DNA of 63,132 nucleotides, counting the filler, from Octopus bimaculoides (taxonomy: Eukaryota): assembly GCF_001194135.2 (NCBI RefSeq). It is 5 parts of 5 records of this genome, joined end to end, with 100 filler letters (N's around TTAATTAATTAA, not from the genome) between each part and the next. Parts side by side here need not be neighbours in the genome. Positions count along the whole stretch, not along the records: positions 37,138 to 55,976 come from NC_068999.1; positions 56,077 to 62,019 come from NC_069008.1; 3 more parts are not named here. One strand, given 5' to 3'. Below are positions 49,135-61,659 of this stretch, piece by piece. Positions within the stretch are counted from its first letter, which is position 1. Every line of letters starts with the position of its first letter. The translations under genes were made by a program, and so were the position numbers. The notes below the pieces were generated by a model. That model was not told the DNA's origin. It ran no database searches and saw nothing but the letters and a program-made list of their open reading frames with translations.

Positions 49135-50314
49135 TATTTGTTTTGCTAGATTCCTGATGTGGAATCGTGTGCTGATAGAAAGACAGAATGGACTAAACAA
49201 AACATATATAAGTTTAAAGAAAACATATAATAAATGCACAAACAAACGGAAAACAGACACAGAAGATCACCAAATCCTCATTAGTTATCGCCCAGAGGGT
49301 CAAACTTAGTTTCGCGTCTTCGACAATAATATTGTTCCTTCTCGTGGCGCTGACAGCAAGAAGCCGCCGGGAAATGGCGAGCCAACGAACAAGGGACCAA
49401 ACATAACAGAAAGTGAAATACTTTCCCTGTAATAAAGTCAAGACTTTTTATTGCCTTCCCAACATTATATTTAGCAGGCTGGGGCTTTAGCGAAATTGCA
49501 CATCTCCTATCTATGTAAAGAAACTGAGTGAAAATTATTGAACGCAGGAATCAAAGACTATTTCATTATACCTTCCAGCTTGATGTCAAGGAGCTAATAT
49601 CCATGCGCAATGTACATCCATCACATTAAATATGGTACACTCCTTCCCACGTGATAAAGTGGTATGACAAACCACTATAAAAAAGACAGTGAGTCGTTGT
49701 AGATCAGTAGTAGTAGTCGAGTTCTCAGTTGGAGTCAGTGTCAGTTACGTGATCCATACGAGTTACCGTCAAGGTAGACGTTTCAAAGTCATTGTCTTGC
49801 GATAGCACGATAGACGAGTCAAACATAATAAGACGCGGAATACCGCCGTAACATATCAGTGGTGTCAGGAATATCATAGTGCAGACAACAACATACATGT
49901 AGACGGAGATCCACATTATAACAAAATGTAAATTTAATCTTACTTATTATAAAAACAGCAAAGTAATGGATTCACTAGGTTAAGTTGTTTTTGTTTGTTT
50001 GTTTTTTATGTGAAAAACTGTTGCTTTGAGTTTGCCGCAGAAAGAGGTCTATATTAGTAGCGATGGAGGATGACGATACGAAATGTCACCTGGGAGCAGG
50101 GAAAGCGACAGTCCGAAAAAAATAGTGAACCACTCAATGCAAGTCAATATAAAGGGAAATAACTCTTAACTATTCTTCAAATAATTCATCGATCTGGGAG
50201 ATCATCGCCGAATTAAAACAAAGGTTTTGTAAATTCGGAAATCCCCTATCCGAAGAGTGGACGGTTTAAACCTTTGATATATTTCAAAACTATCGAAGTT
50301 CATTCTTTTGTCAT

Positions 50315-50702
50315 GGTGTGGCTGTATGGTATAAAGTTTGCTTCCCAACCATGTGGTCTTTAGTTCAGTCCTCCTACGTAGCACCTTGTGCTACAATATT
50401 CCACTACAACCCCGAGCCGACCAAAGCCTTCTAACTGGATTCGGTAGAGATAAACTGAAAACAAAAAGTTGTGTATATCTATGTGTATAAATGTTTGTAT
50501 GCGTGCGTTTGTGTTGTGCTTATCCTCCTCCACCGCTTGACAACCGTCCCCGTAGTTTAGCAGTTCAGCAAAACAAAACACGAAAGAATAAGTACGAGGC
50601 TTTGAAAATAATTACTGAGATGGATTCAATGGTCTAAAAACCCTTCAACGTAGTGCCCCAGCATGGCCTCAGTCCAATGCTTGAAACAAGTCAAAAGATA
50701 AG
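50315..50702 (+). mobile_element. SINE family A, full length, diverged
   Basis: tRNA-like head (ggtgtggctgtatggt...tagttcagtcc) through tail gtagtgccccagcatggcctcagtccaatgcttgaaacaag. Confidence 0.75.
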
Positions 50703-50920
50703 GAAAATGAAAAAAAAAAACAGGAACAAATTGTAGTAATCTAAAGAAGTGAGTTAGAAACGAACCAGTGCACTAAAACTCGTAATTTCTTCAGCCATGT
50801 AATTTATGATGCTTTAAAAGCCCCTTAAATAACAATTCTTTTTAAAAAGTAAAAAATTGATCTCTACTTTTTTTAGGCCTCACTTTTCCTACTTTTTTCT
50901 CTTAAACATTTTTAATTTTC

Positions 50921-51265
50921 ACTTTTTTTTTTTCTTTTTCTTTTCAGACATATATTCTTCAGCTACGGAAGCAGTGACCCTCCCATTTATCGCAGCATCC
51001 AGAGTGTGAGGGTGTGCAAAGGAGTTACAGACCGTGGCGTCCCTGATGAGGCACCTACCTCTTACCCAGGGACAAAGTGTAAGACCATCTGGTCTCTTCC
51101 CATCACTTCTGAATATTCCCGCTAACTCCAGGACTGAGGAAATATTAACCCGATCCACGGCCCGATTAATGTTAGATTTAGCTCGATGTGACGAGCGAAA
51201 CGACTGGTATTTAGGCAGCAAGACAAAGCATGAAGGCCTGTGGGGCCAAGGGGCCAAACACAGCG
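50921..51265 (-). mobile_element. CRE-like (REL) LINE 3' fragment with A-rich tail
   Basis: GLHALSCC...RFARHIELN in a shifted frame, then RSDGKRPDGLTLCPWVRGRCLIRDAT, ending in an A-rich run. Confidence 0.6.
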
Positions 51266-52105
51266 ACAGGTCATCAGCATAGAGGAGCTCCCAGGGGCAA
51301 CCTGTCTTGAATTCCTCTATTATTGCTTGGAGGACTATGATGAATAAGAGGGAGTTGAGGGTTGATCCTTGGTGAACCCCTACTTCTTCCTAGAATTCTT
51401 CACTATACTCATTGCCGACCCTTACCTTACTAACGGCATCCCTATACAGCTCTTATTAACCACTCATCGATCCCCAGTTTCCGCATCGCTTACCAGATAA
51501 GGGATCAGGGGACCCTATCAAAGGCTTTCTCTAAGTCAACAAAAGCCAAGTGTACGGGTTTATCTTTGGCTGGGTATTTCTCCTGCAGTTGCCTTACCAG
51601 GAATATAGTATCAGTGGTGCTTCTACCTGGCACAAAACCAAACTGCATCTCATCTAAGCAGACTCTCTCTCTAATTAGTTGGGCTATGACCCTCTCCATG
51701 AGCTTCATCACCTGATCCAGCAGTTTGATACCCTTGTATCTATTTCTATCTAAAGCATCACCTTTACCTTTGTAACAATTGACTATGATGCTGCTACGCC
51801 AGTAATTTGGTATGACTCCTTCGTGAACTGTCTGGTTTACAATACAGATGACTAGACCATAACCCACACTACCAGATATTTTAAGCATACATTTCTCTCC
51901 TGTAACATCACAATTTACTCTCACACATTGTCTTGAAATCCGAAATACTTCAGTTCTTTGGTCCTCACGTCGCTGAACATTGGCAAACTTCTTTTCTGCT
52001 TCTCCCTTGGCTATGTATACCTATTGTCCAGCCTCCCTTTGTCTATCTGGTATAGTTCCCTACCACCCCCACTCTTCCAGGTTTTCCAGGCCTGTTTCTT
52101 TGCTC
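51266..52105 (-). mobile_element. RTE-clade LINE RT fragment
   Basis: VIPNYWRSSIIVNCYKGKGD, QFGFVPGRSTTD, LAFVDLEKAFDRVP, VGVHQGSTLNSLLF and WELLYADDL. Confidence 0.88.
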
Positions 52106-52109
52106 TAAT

Positions 52110-53020
52110 GACCTAGAAAAACAAAAGACGAAGACAAGTGTATGAAAAACAAGCAGGTGCATTAGTTTGGGGTTCGGGGAAATGGAAAAGTCTCTTACGT
52201 TTCGAGCTTATGCTCTTCAACAGAAAGGTATAAAAGAAAATAACCAGGGAGAGAATGAAAAAAAACTTGTAGATTTAGCGGTCAATCATGGCGAATGATT
52301 AGAGAAAAAGTTTGAAAGAAGAGGTTGGAAAGAAGGGAGATAATAAAGTGCTGGCGATCCCAAATGAAGGTGCGTGTGTGTGTGTGAATAGTGGCTAGTG
52401 ACTCTGACGTGTGTAAGTGAGTGCGTCTGTAACGTGTAGCTGCTCATATAGTGGTATGTGGTGTGAATGCAGTTTTGTAGTGGTCAGTGCTAGTGGGTGG
52501 GGTAGTATCAACGAGGAGAGGAAGGGGTACGAGCAACGGCGGGGAGAAAGGGCAGAAGTACGGTCAACGGAACGTGCCCTGGCAAGGGCAGTGTGGCTAG
52601 TGGTGAGGGGATATCCACGAAGGATGAAGTGGCAAAACATGAGTTGAGGCTGAGTCTCAAAGTCATGGTTGTCACTGCAGAGCCTGTGCAGATGGAAGAA
52701 TTAGGAGTAAGGGATGGAGAGCTTGGTGTGGGTAGGGTGAGAGGAGGAGAAGTTAAGGCTGGAGTGTGAGTCAGTGTGTTTGTAGTGGATGGAGGTAGTG
52801 AGAGCGGAGTGGTGTATACTGACAGAAATGTCGAGAAATTCGAAAGAAGAGTTAGAAATAGTGCAGGAGAATTCGAGGATAGGATGGAAGGTTTGGACGA
52901 AAGAGAGGAAGAGGTCTAGTTGTTCAAGGGAGAGTGAGGTCGCACCGATACAGTCGTCGATATAACGACCGTGTAGTTCGGGAGTGGGACCGGTGAATCG
53001 TGTGAAAATTTGGGTCTCAA
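52110..53020 (-). mobile_element. Penelope-like element (RT fragment, deleted endonuclease, terminal region with hammerhead-like motif at 52191-52228)
   Basis: TPELHGRYIDDCIG...FEFLDISV...HYKHTDSHSSLNFSSSHPTHTKLSIPYS; terminal CUGUUGA-A-GAGC(auaa)GCUC-GAAAC-GUA. Confidence 0.82.
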
Positions 53021-53102
53021 CGATGTGTGTGTGTGTGTGTGTGTGAAGGCGGTACTCCAAGATAGCCGCAGTCAAATGATTACAACAAGTAAAAGAATAT
53101 AC

Positions 53103-54365
53103 ATATGCTTGTACGAAGTAGAAACGCTAAGCAGTGTTGTGTATAAATAGAAATTTATTATCAGTTCAAATATAGTTGGGGCATATTTGAAACCGTAAGG
53201 AAGTGTAGTAACGCCGTGCGCATGCGTGAAATTAAACAAGCAAGCGTTCCCGCTCAGTTCACGCTCTTGCTGGCCAGCAATAGAGCATGGACGTGTCAAG
53301 CAGTGTCTCCAACACCCAACTCTGGAGACAGTCTCTTTACGTGTACAGCTGTCACTCTCCATCTTTCGGACTTACGCTCGACAGCTCGCTCACATCTACA
53401 TAACAACGTCCCAACAACAGAAGCTGTAACAACAAGAACTAAAGATGTATATATTTACCACCTGAATAAAATGTTGTTTAAGTTGATAGTCTGGAGTTCA
53501 GCGTTCCGTTATATTCTTTAACTTTATATAGGAAAGTCAGGTATACATCTAATGATGTATAACCAACTTTCCTATAGAAGCTACTGACTGTATTTTGTCG
53601 AGGAGAAAATTTCTCTTGGTAAACAAACACACTTAGTCCTCTCTTTCAGCTTCAACCACTTCCAAAGGCATGCATCCATCAGTCTGGTTAGAGAACACTT
53701 CGAACTGACTGCGTATATTTACACCTATTTGTCTACAGCGACAAAGTTGTGAAAGCTATATGCATATAAAATTTTGGGGGCCAGAAGTTGCAAATGGCAA
53801 ATAGAATTAGCTAATGAAAAACCAAAAGAAATATAGCTTTCTGGAAGCAATTAACGCGAAAAATGACTAAAAATAAATACACTTCAAGGGGAAGGATTCT
53901 GCTTTCAGTTCGCCATATAACCCCTCAATTTTTTTTTTCTGATTTTGGCGGGTGTTTTCATACATATATCCTGTACGAAGTAGAAACGCTAAGCAGTGTT
54001 ATGTATAAATAGAAATTTATTACCAGTTCAAATATGGTTGGGACATATTTGAAACCGCAAGGAAGCTACTGACTGTAATTTTGTCGTGGAGAAAATTTTT
54101 CTCCATAGACAAACACACTAAGTCAGTTCGAAGAGCTACCTAATCAGACTGATAAATGAAAGCATTTTGGAGTGGTTATCTCCCTTCCAGCATCAACCAC
54201 TTCCAAAGGCATCCATCCGTCAATCTGGTTAGAGAACGCTTCGAACCGACTGCGTATATTTACACCTATATGTCAACAGCGACAAAGCTTCTCCGTGACA
54301 AAATACAGTGAGTGACTTTCTTAGGGCTTCGAATTTGCCCCAAGCATATTTGAACTGGAGATCTT
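53103..54365. repeat. Tandem and inverted local duplication of a low-copy block
   Basis: 53103-53200 and 53965-54062 are nearly identical. An inverted partial copy lies at 54290-54365 and a homologue at 38277-38550. Confidence 0.8.
53204..53576 (+). mobile_element. Solo LTR (Gypsy-like), 373 bp
   Basis: TGTAG...CTATA termini, 4-bp TSD GAAG (53200-53203, 53577-53580) and internal AATAAA (53465). The empty site aaggaagctactgactg is preserved in the paralogous block at 54059. Confidence 0.75.
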
Positions 54366-55499
54366 TTCTGTTTGCCTTCACTTTTTGAAGTCTTAAAATT
54401 AAATAAAAATTTTCAAATTTCATCTATTGATGTAATTTTTCAGGCTGAATCTCAGGCTTGAAATCTTTTCTGCTTAGTTTTCACTTTCCAGCTTATTTGA
54501 TTTTGTTCCAGCTGATTTCAAAGTTGGTTTATTAATGTAGTTTTGTATGCTAAATATTGAAGTGCAATTGATTTTCGCCATAAATCAATGAAGAAACAGT
54601 TTATAATTCTTAAAGTTTGCAAATTTGAGGTAATTATGGCCAATTTAAAACCAGAGACATATAGGTGCCTGTTTCCATAATAACAAGCTAAGCTTGTGGA
54701 ACTTTCCTATGTAACTCTCGATGAATCTACATTCTTTTTAATCTTCTTTCTTTAATTTTTTTAAAAATCACACTTTAAAATACAGGCCGAATTTTTGGTT
54801 TCAATCCCAGCAATAGACCATGAAAAGTGTTTATTGTGACAAAGATATTGAAGAACAGTAGAAAACAGGATTTGGAAGCTGTCATTTTGTTCGTGACCAA
54901 AATCTTAGGACGACAAAACATCCATGGCAACATTACGAAAACAAAACATTTAATGCAAAAAAGATAAACAAACTTCGAAGTTTTTAACACACAATTATTG
55001 TTAAAGGTATATATATAAATATAAAATTTTGTGCCAGACGTTGCAAATGGCAAATAGGATTAGCTAATGAAAAACCACCTTTACATGGGCAGCTCGATTA
55101 ATTAATTTTCTTTAACTCAACACTTTGAAACTTCGGACACTGGTAGAATGTGTCATATAGAACATCTTTTACTCTTAGCGTTGTTGAGAAAAGTTTCTAT
55201 TTTCGAAGTTATTTCGTGTTAAAGTTGTCATATTTCGGTAATTTCAACCAATCAATGACGTGTATTCAGCTGAATAAAATTACAGCTGTTGTTTGTCAAC
55301 ACACTAACACACATTTGCACTCACATACACACATATATAGATACACACGTACATGAATATATATGTTTTATGTTTTCACACATCGCCGATGTTAATGTAT
55401 TTTTGTGTATGTACGTCATTACATCAGTTTAAATGCAGAGTTATCCTCAGCTGCATAAATAAATAAAATAAATAGAATTTATTTATTCAGTCGGACACA

Positions 55500-55976
55500 A
55501 TTGTATAATTTTACCTAAATCCTCTAAGAGGGTAAGAAGACAGACAAAGGAAGCCCAACGATAGACTTAGTTATATTAATGTGGGTTCCTGCCATCCTCC
55601 CATAGTGTTTAAAAATTTAGTTAAAAACATTAGCAAAAGAATTTCTAGCCTCTTCTCTGATAGGGACATTTTTAATAGCGTTGCCCCAGTATATAATAAG
55701 GCTCTAAAAGATAGTGGATTTAGCGAGGAAATAACCTACACACCTGCCACCAGTCCAATAATAAAGAAAAGGAAACATAGGAATAGGAGAACTATCTGGT
55801 TCACACCCCGCTACTCATCCGAAATAACCTTTAATATAGGCAAGTATTTCTTGGCACTGATAGATAGACATTTTCCAGTCAACCAGAAAGCTCTTCAATA
55901 GACATAACTTAAAAATCAGTTTCAGCTCAACTACTAATTTTAAAAATATAATCGCACACAACACACAAAAACCACA
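55500..55976 (+). mobile_element. Penelope-like RT thumb fragment
   Basis: KPNDRLSYINVGSCHPP...YNKALKDSGF...RTIWFTPRYS...NIGKYFLALIDRHFP. Confidence 0.75.
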
Positions 55977-56529
55977 NNNNNNNNNNNNNNNNNNNNNNNN
56001 NNNNNNNNNNNNNNNNNNNNTTAATTAATTAANNNNNNNNNNNNNNNNNNNNNNNNNNNNNNNNNNNNNNNNNNNNTGTGTATATTGAGATGTGTGTGTG
56101 TGTGTGAAATGATGTACATATATCTATATGTATATTAGCATGTATGCACATACCCATGTTTGCATATATGTGGGCATGTACACACACACACACGCACGCG
56201 CGCCGGCAGAGAGTGTGTTTAGCAGAGAATATAAATAAGAATATATAGTACACTACAAGAAAAAATGATAAGGGGTGTATAGAGGATGTAGCTTAATCAA
56301 ATTCAGCATTATTTTAAAGGATCTTTTGAATCCTGCATTAATGCAGGCATGTAAGTAATTTATTTATTATTAAATGTAATATTATAAATTATTTACATGC
56401 TTTTAAGTTACAAAACAATTTGTAGTGATATTAGGAATTTCATATTGTTAAATCAAATTTCATCAAACTATTTTTCTGTCATTTATGACCTCATACATAC
56501 ATATATACACACATACAGTGGGGGTGTTC

Positions 56530-56644
56530 TAGGAAGTTAGCTTCCCAACCACATGGTTCCATGTTCAGTCCCACTGCATGGCACCTTGGGCTGATCTAAG
56601 CATTGTGAGTGGATTTGGTAGACAGAAACTGAAAGAAGCCTGTC

Positions 56645-56688
<44 letters not shown>

Positions 56689-57375
56689 CACACTTCTTTC
56701 ATTTATAAATATATATCTATGTGTGCACATGTTCAATAAGTTCACCATCACCGATTCACTGTTTTTTTTTTGGTGGGGGGGTCAATAAAGTAGTTTTTAA
56801 CTATTAATGGTGAGATATTATGGATATATTTTCTCAGTAAACTTTCCTCATGAACTTTCTTCACAGCGAATTGATAACAGTGAACTCTCCTATGATGAAC
56901 TGATGGTGGCGAACTCACCTGCAATCACATGTGCATGTCTTTTTGTCTGTGTTTGACCCCCACAAACGCTGGACAATATCCCCCATAAGGCGTGGGGAGC
57001 TGGCAGGAACGTTAGCACGCTGGACGAAATGCTTAGCGGTATTTCGTCTGCTGCTACGTTCTGAGTTCAAATTCCGCCGAGGTCGACTTTGCCTTTCATC
57101 CTTTCGGGGTCGATTAAATAAGTACCAGTTATGCACTGGGGTCGATGTAATTGACTTAATGTCTATGTCCTTGTTTGTTCCCTCTGTGTTTAGCCCCCTG
57201 TGGGCAATAAAGACATAAATATCCCCCATAACTTCACAGGTCAGCAAAAAGAGACCAAGAGAATAAGTACCAAGTTTTCTGGGGGTGGGGACTATAGTTG
57301 ATTTGTTTAACTAAAACCCTTCAAGGTGGTGCCCCAGCATGGCCACAGTCTAATGACTGAAACAAGTAAAAAGAA
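56530..57375 (+). mobile_element. SINE family A copy interrupted by a SINE family B insertion (56989-57217)
   Basis: Perfect 14-bp TSD AATATCCCCCATAA at 56975-56988 and 57218-57231. The family A tail resumes after it and ends at about 57375. Confidence 0.85.
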
Positions 57376-57944
57376 AAAAAGATAAAAAAAAAAAAAAAGA
57401 ATGTATACGGAGAAAGAGAAAACTTGCCCAATCCTTTTAATGTCACTTTTTCAAAGCTAGCATGAGTTGTTAGATGAGGGAGTGTCTTGAAGTAGGATTT
57501 TTATGGCTGGACGCTATCATTCTTCCGGCCACTAACCCCACCCCCACCTATTTTCCAAGTATTCACGTAAGGACTCTTTTTATTCCAGAGGACTTCAAAA
57601 GCACACAGTGAATGGTCTGTTGACAGAGAATAGCAATAAATGTCACCATTGTAGCCCAGCTACGAGCAGTAGCATTTCTAACTGTAGCTCAGTGCATATT
57701 ATAAACGTTCACCAGATTCATACACATAATTTTGAGCACAAACACACACACACACACAACACAAGTCACTGCATATGTGTGCATGATGGGCTTCATACAG
57801 TTTCCATCAAACAATTCTTTCACAAAGCATTGGTAAACCCAAGGCTATAGTAGAAGACATGTGTCTAACATACCATGGAGTGGAACTAAAGCCTTGACCA
57901 AATGGTCAAGAAGCAAGGTTAGTTAGCTTAAAGTTCTTTTCCAA

Positions 57945-58420
57945 GTCATACAGGCTCATAGGAGCCAGTTTCCCAATTTCCATGGCGTATATATTTCCTA
58001 CCTGGATGGGGTGCCAGTCCATTGCAGGGTTGCTCACTTTTGCCAGTTGAGTGGACAGGAGCAATGTGAAATGAAGTGTCTTGCTCAAGAACACAACACG
58101 TCATCCAGTCCAGGAATCAAAACCACGACAATATGATCATGATTCTAACACCTTCACCATTAAGGTAACGTTACCTTCTTGAGTCATGCTGACTCATAAG
58201 GGCTGGTTTCCTGGTTTCCATGGCATATATATATATATATATTCCCCACCTGGATGGGACATCTGTCCATCTCGTGATCACTCATTTTTGCCACCTGAAT
58301 AAACTGGAGCAATGTGAAATGAAGTGTTTTGCTCAAGAACACTACATGTCACCTGGTCCAGGAATCGAAACCACAATCTTATGATCATGAGTCCAACACC
58401 CTAACCACTAAGCCAACACG
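57945..58420 (-). mobile_element. Two tandem SINE copies, family D (C-related body)
   Basis: Repeated cacttttgccagttgagtggacaggagcaatgtgaaatgaagtgtcttgctcaagaacac; tRNA-like head on the minus strand. Confidence 0.7.
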
Positions 58421-58912
58421 AGTCCAACACCTGAACCACTAAGCTGACATGAGTCCAACACCTGAATCACTAAGCCGACATGAATCCAACACCCAAACCA
58501 CTAAGCCGACACGAGTCCAACACCCTAACCTCTAAGCCAACACAAGTCCAACACCTGAACCACTAAGCCAACACGAGTCCAACAACNNNNNNNNNNGAAT
58601 CGAAACCACAATCTTATGATCATGAGTCCAACACCCTAACCACTAAGCCAACACGAGTCCAACACCTGAACCACTAAGCTGACATGAGTCCAACACCTGA
58701 ATCACTAAGCCGACATGAATCCAACACCCAAACCACTAATTCGACACGAGTCCAACACCCTAACCTCTAAGCCAACACAAGTCCAACACCTGAACCACTA
58801 AGCCAACACGAGTCCAACAACCGAACCACTAAGCCGACACGAGTCCAACACCCTAACCACTAAGCTGACATGAGTCCAACACCCTAACCACTAAGCCAAC
58901 ATGAGTCCAACA
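58389..58912. repeat. 31-bp minisatellite derived from the SINE tRNA-like head
   Basis: Unit GAGTCCAACACCCTAACCACTAAGCCGACAC with period 31. The reverse complement contains TAGTGGTTAG (A-box/D-loop). Confidence 0.9.
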
Positions 58913-59814
58913 GACTATTTAATAGTCAGTTATTAAAAGTATTTATATTTACAATTTCAAGTGTAATAGGTATAAATGAGTGGTTTGCTCCACAGGTTTC
59001 AGAACATTGTCCGTAATATAATCCAGAACAATAAGAATATAGGTTTAGTTGATTAAGTCATTCTGGAATGACATCTACCACAAAACCACACATGCATCTA
59101 CACCTAAAAGGAAAAAAAATAGGTGATATAAAAAAATAGACAGGATGGTCACACCTGGAATGCTTTTGATTACAGGTCTACTGGACAGGATTGACCTGGT
59201 GCTAGATAAAAACAAAAGAAACATGAAAATCTCAATTTCCAAAAAGTCATCCAATCAACAGAACACACAACGCAACAAAAAAATACCACTCACCTTAACC
59301 TTATCAAAATTGAAATCTTCGTGCATCCAGTAATGGATTAAACCATTGCTATTTAGGTAGATCCATGGGTAAATCGTTGTTGATCCAACAAGGAAAAATA
59401 AGCCATCACTGTTTAGGTAGATCCATGTGTGAACATATTTATATCATAATTGGAAAAAAAAACAAAAACAAATCTGAATTTTTTTTCTTTTAGTTTTAAA
59501 TATAAACTTCCATTTGTTTCCAATTGAAGCAAATTACTCCAACAATGTTTGCATTCCAGTAACAGAAGATTCTTTGGGTACTCCAAGTAAACTTTAATAC
59601 TTTTTTTTTCCTCTTTTTTTTCCATGGAAAATTATTATTATTACCATTATTTAATGTCCATTTTCCATACTAGCGTGGATTGGATGGTTCAATAGGATCT
59701 GGCAAGCCCCTGGACTTCAAGATTCAACCTTAACATGTTTTCTATGGCCGAATGCCCCTCACAGTACTGTAGGAGGGGATACAAACGCTTCCAACACCCT
59801 CCCAAAAATGTAGG

Positions 59815-59960
59815 GGGGGGGGGCTATGAAAATATTCTGAGGTCGCCTTTGCCTTTCAAAAAAAATTAATGAGAATCACTGATTTAGAACAGTGCATTGC
59901 AACCAGAATTTCTAGGCACACTGGTGTGCCACGGGGTGATGCTAGGTGAGCCACAAAGTG
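59815..59960. mobile_element. Adjacent ends of two hAT (Charlie-like) MITEs
   Basis: ...gagaatcactg | atttagaa | cagtgcattgcaacc...ggcacactggtgtgccac. The shared 8-bp site resembles the NTCTAGAN target. Confidence 0.4.
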
Positions 59961-60028
59961 TCAGTCAAGCAGAAAGCAGCAATGAAAAATCAAAATGTCA
60001 AGGGAATAAGAAATTGTGTATGTGTATG

Positions 60029-60061
<33 letters not shown>

Positions 60062-60064
<3 letters not shown>

Positions 60065-60275
60065 CCCTTAACGTAGTTCTCGGAGAGATTCAGAGTGACA
60101 GTGTAAAACAAGGCTGACATCTTTGAAATACAGGTACTACTCAATTTTGCCAGCTGAGTGGACTGGAACAACGTGAAATGAAGTGTCTTGCTCGAGGACA
60201 CAACGCGTCGCCGGGAATTGAACTCACGACCTTACAATCACGAGCCGAATGCCCTAACCACTAAGCCACACACCT
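60062..60275 (-). mobile_element. tRNA-derived SINE, family C
   Basis: Matches 9839-10095. Confidence 0.8.
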
Positions 60276-60899
60276 TCGCTTATATATGTATGTATATAGA
60301 TAATTTCTTCCCCTCTATTTTTAGTTCAGGTGCGCCACCAAATTTTGAAAAGCATATAAGCAAACAGCAAGTGGAAAAGGCTGCGGAGCACTGATCTAGA
60401 ATAATAATTGTTCAGCTCCTGCGGGTGTAGAGTAGCTGGACGTCACAGTAGTAACAAGCATTACCAAAGCATATTTCCATTTCAATCCTCATGACTCAAC
60501 CAGTAGTGAACCGAGTACAATATCTCTCCATTTGAAATGTAATCGCTATGACATCGTCAACGCAACACTCGTATTTGGCCACACTCAAACGATTCTGTTT
60601 CACTTTCTGAGCAAATTTAGGTTTCTTTTTGTAAGAATTCATTTCGGAAGTATTTATCTGTATTGGCAGTTGGAATCAAACCAAAACTTTCATCAAAGTG
60701 CTGCAGGACATTTTCAGGAAATTTCATGAAAAAAAAACACACAGCTCCAAACTACTTGTTGACAGTAGAACCGGCAAAGATATTCCTTGGTCTTTACTGA
60801 AGAATTCTTCCTGCAATAGAAGAAAATATTGCAATTAACCATTTTTGTTATTAGAAGCATATCTTTACTTACATCGTTTTCAACTTCACATCACTATAG

Positions 60900-61222
60900 T
60901 CTTTTACTTGTTTTAGAACAAATCAACCACAGGACTTATTCTTTTTAAGACTCGTACTTATTCTATCAGTCTGTTTTGCTGAACTGCTAAGTTACAGGCA
61001 CATAAAAACACCAGTATTAGTTGTCATGCGATAGTGGGGGGGAAAAAACAGACACACAAATATATATACACACAGACAGATATATACAATGGGTTTCTTT
61101 CAATTTCCATCAACCAAATCCATTCACAAAGCTTTGGTTGGCACAAGGCTATAGTAGAATTCACTTGCCCAAGGTGCCACGCAGTGGGACTGAACCTGGA
61201 ACCATGTGGTTGGTAAGCAAGC
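60900..61222 (-). mobile_element. SINE family A
   Basis: Reverse complement of the family A head, body and partial tail. Confidence 0.75.
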
Positions 61223-61227
61223 TATGT

Positions 61228-61620
61228 ATGTGGTTGGCATTAGGAAGGGAATCCAGCTGTAGAAACTTTTCCAGATCAGATTGAAGCCTGGTGCAGCCAT
61301 CTGGTTCGCCAGTCCTCAGTCAAACCGTCCAACCCATGCCAGCATGGAAAGCGGACGTTAAACAATGATGATGACATATATATATAATAGCCAGTTGATC
61401 TAGCAAGTGGGGCCTCATATCAGTGAGAGGGGCCGGTGCGCATTGATGCTGTCAAGAGGCAGGCCCTGAAACAGCGCACATTCTCTCCTGATGACCCCAT
61501 ACACTTGCTGACTTCCGGTACACGGAGTTCTCAACTGGTAGCACTTGCATGTGTAAGTTGTTTCAAATCGTCCAACCCATGCTAGCATAGAAAGCGGACG
61601 TTAAACGATGACGATGATGA
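61228..61620 (+). mobile_element. Two RTE-type 3' tails (ccgtccaacccatgccagcatggaaagcggacgttaaac + (GAT)n)
   Basis: Repeated at 61326-61373 and 61570-61620; an inverted, diverged copy lies at about 59652-59690. The RTE attribution is from recall. Confidence 0.55.
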
Positions 61621-61659
61621 TATGCACATATATATAGATATATATATGCATATGCGTGT

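Noticed and set aside
58362-58821. 225-bp near-identical direct duplication across a 10-N gap
   Set aside because: 58362-58586 and 58597-58821 differ by about 2 nt and flank a minimal gap, so this is most likely an unmerged contig overlap.
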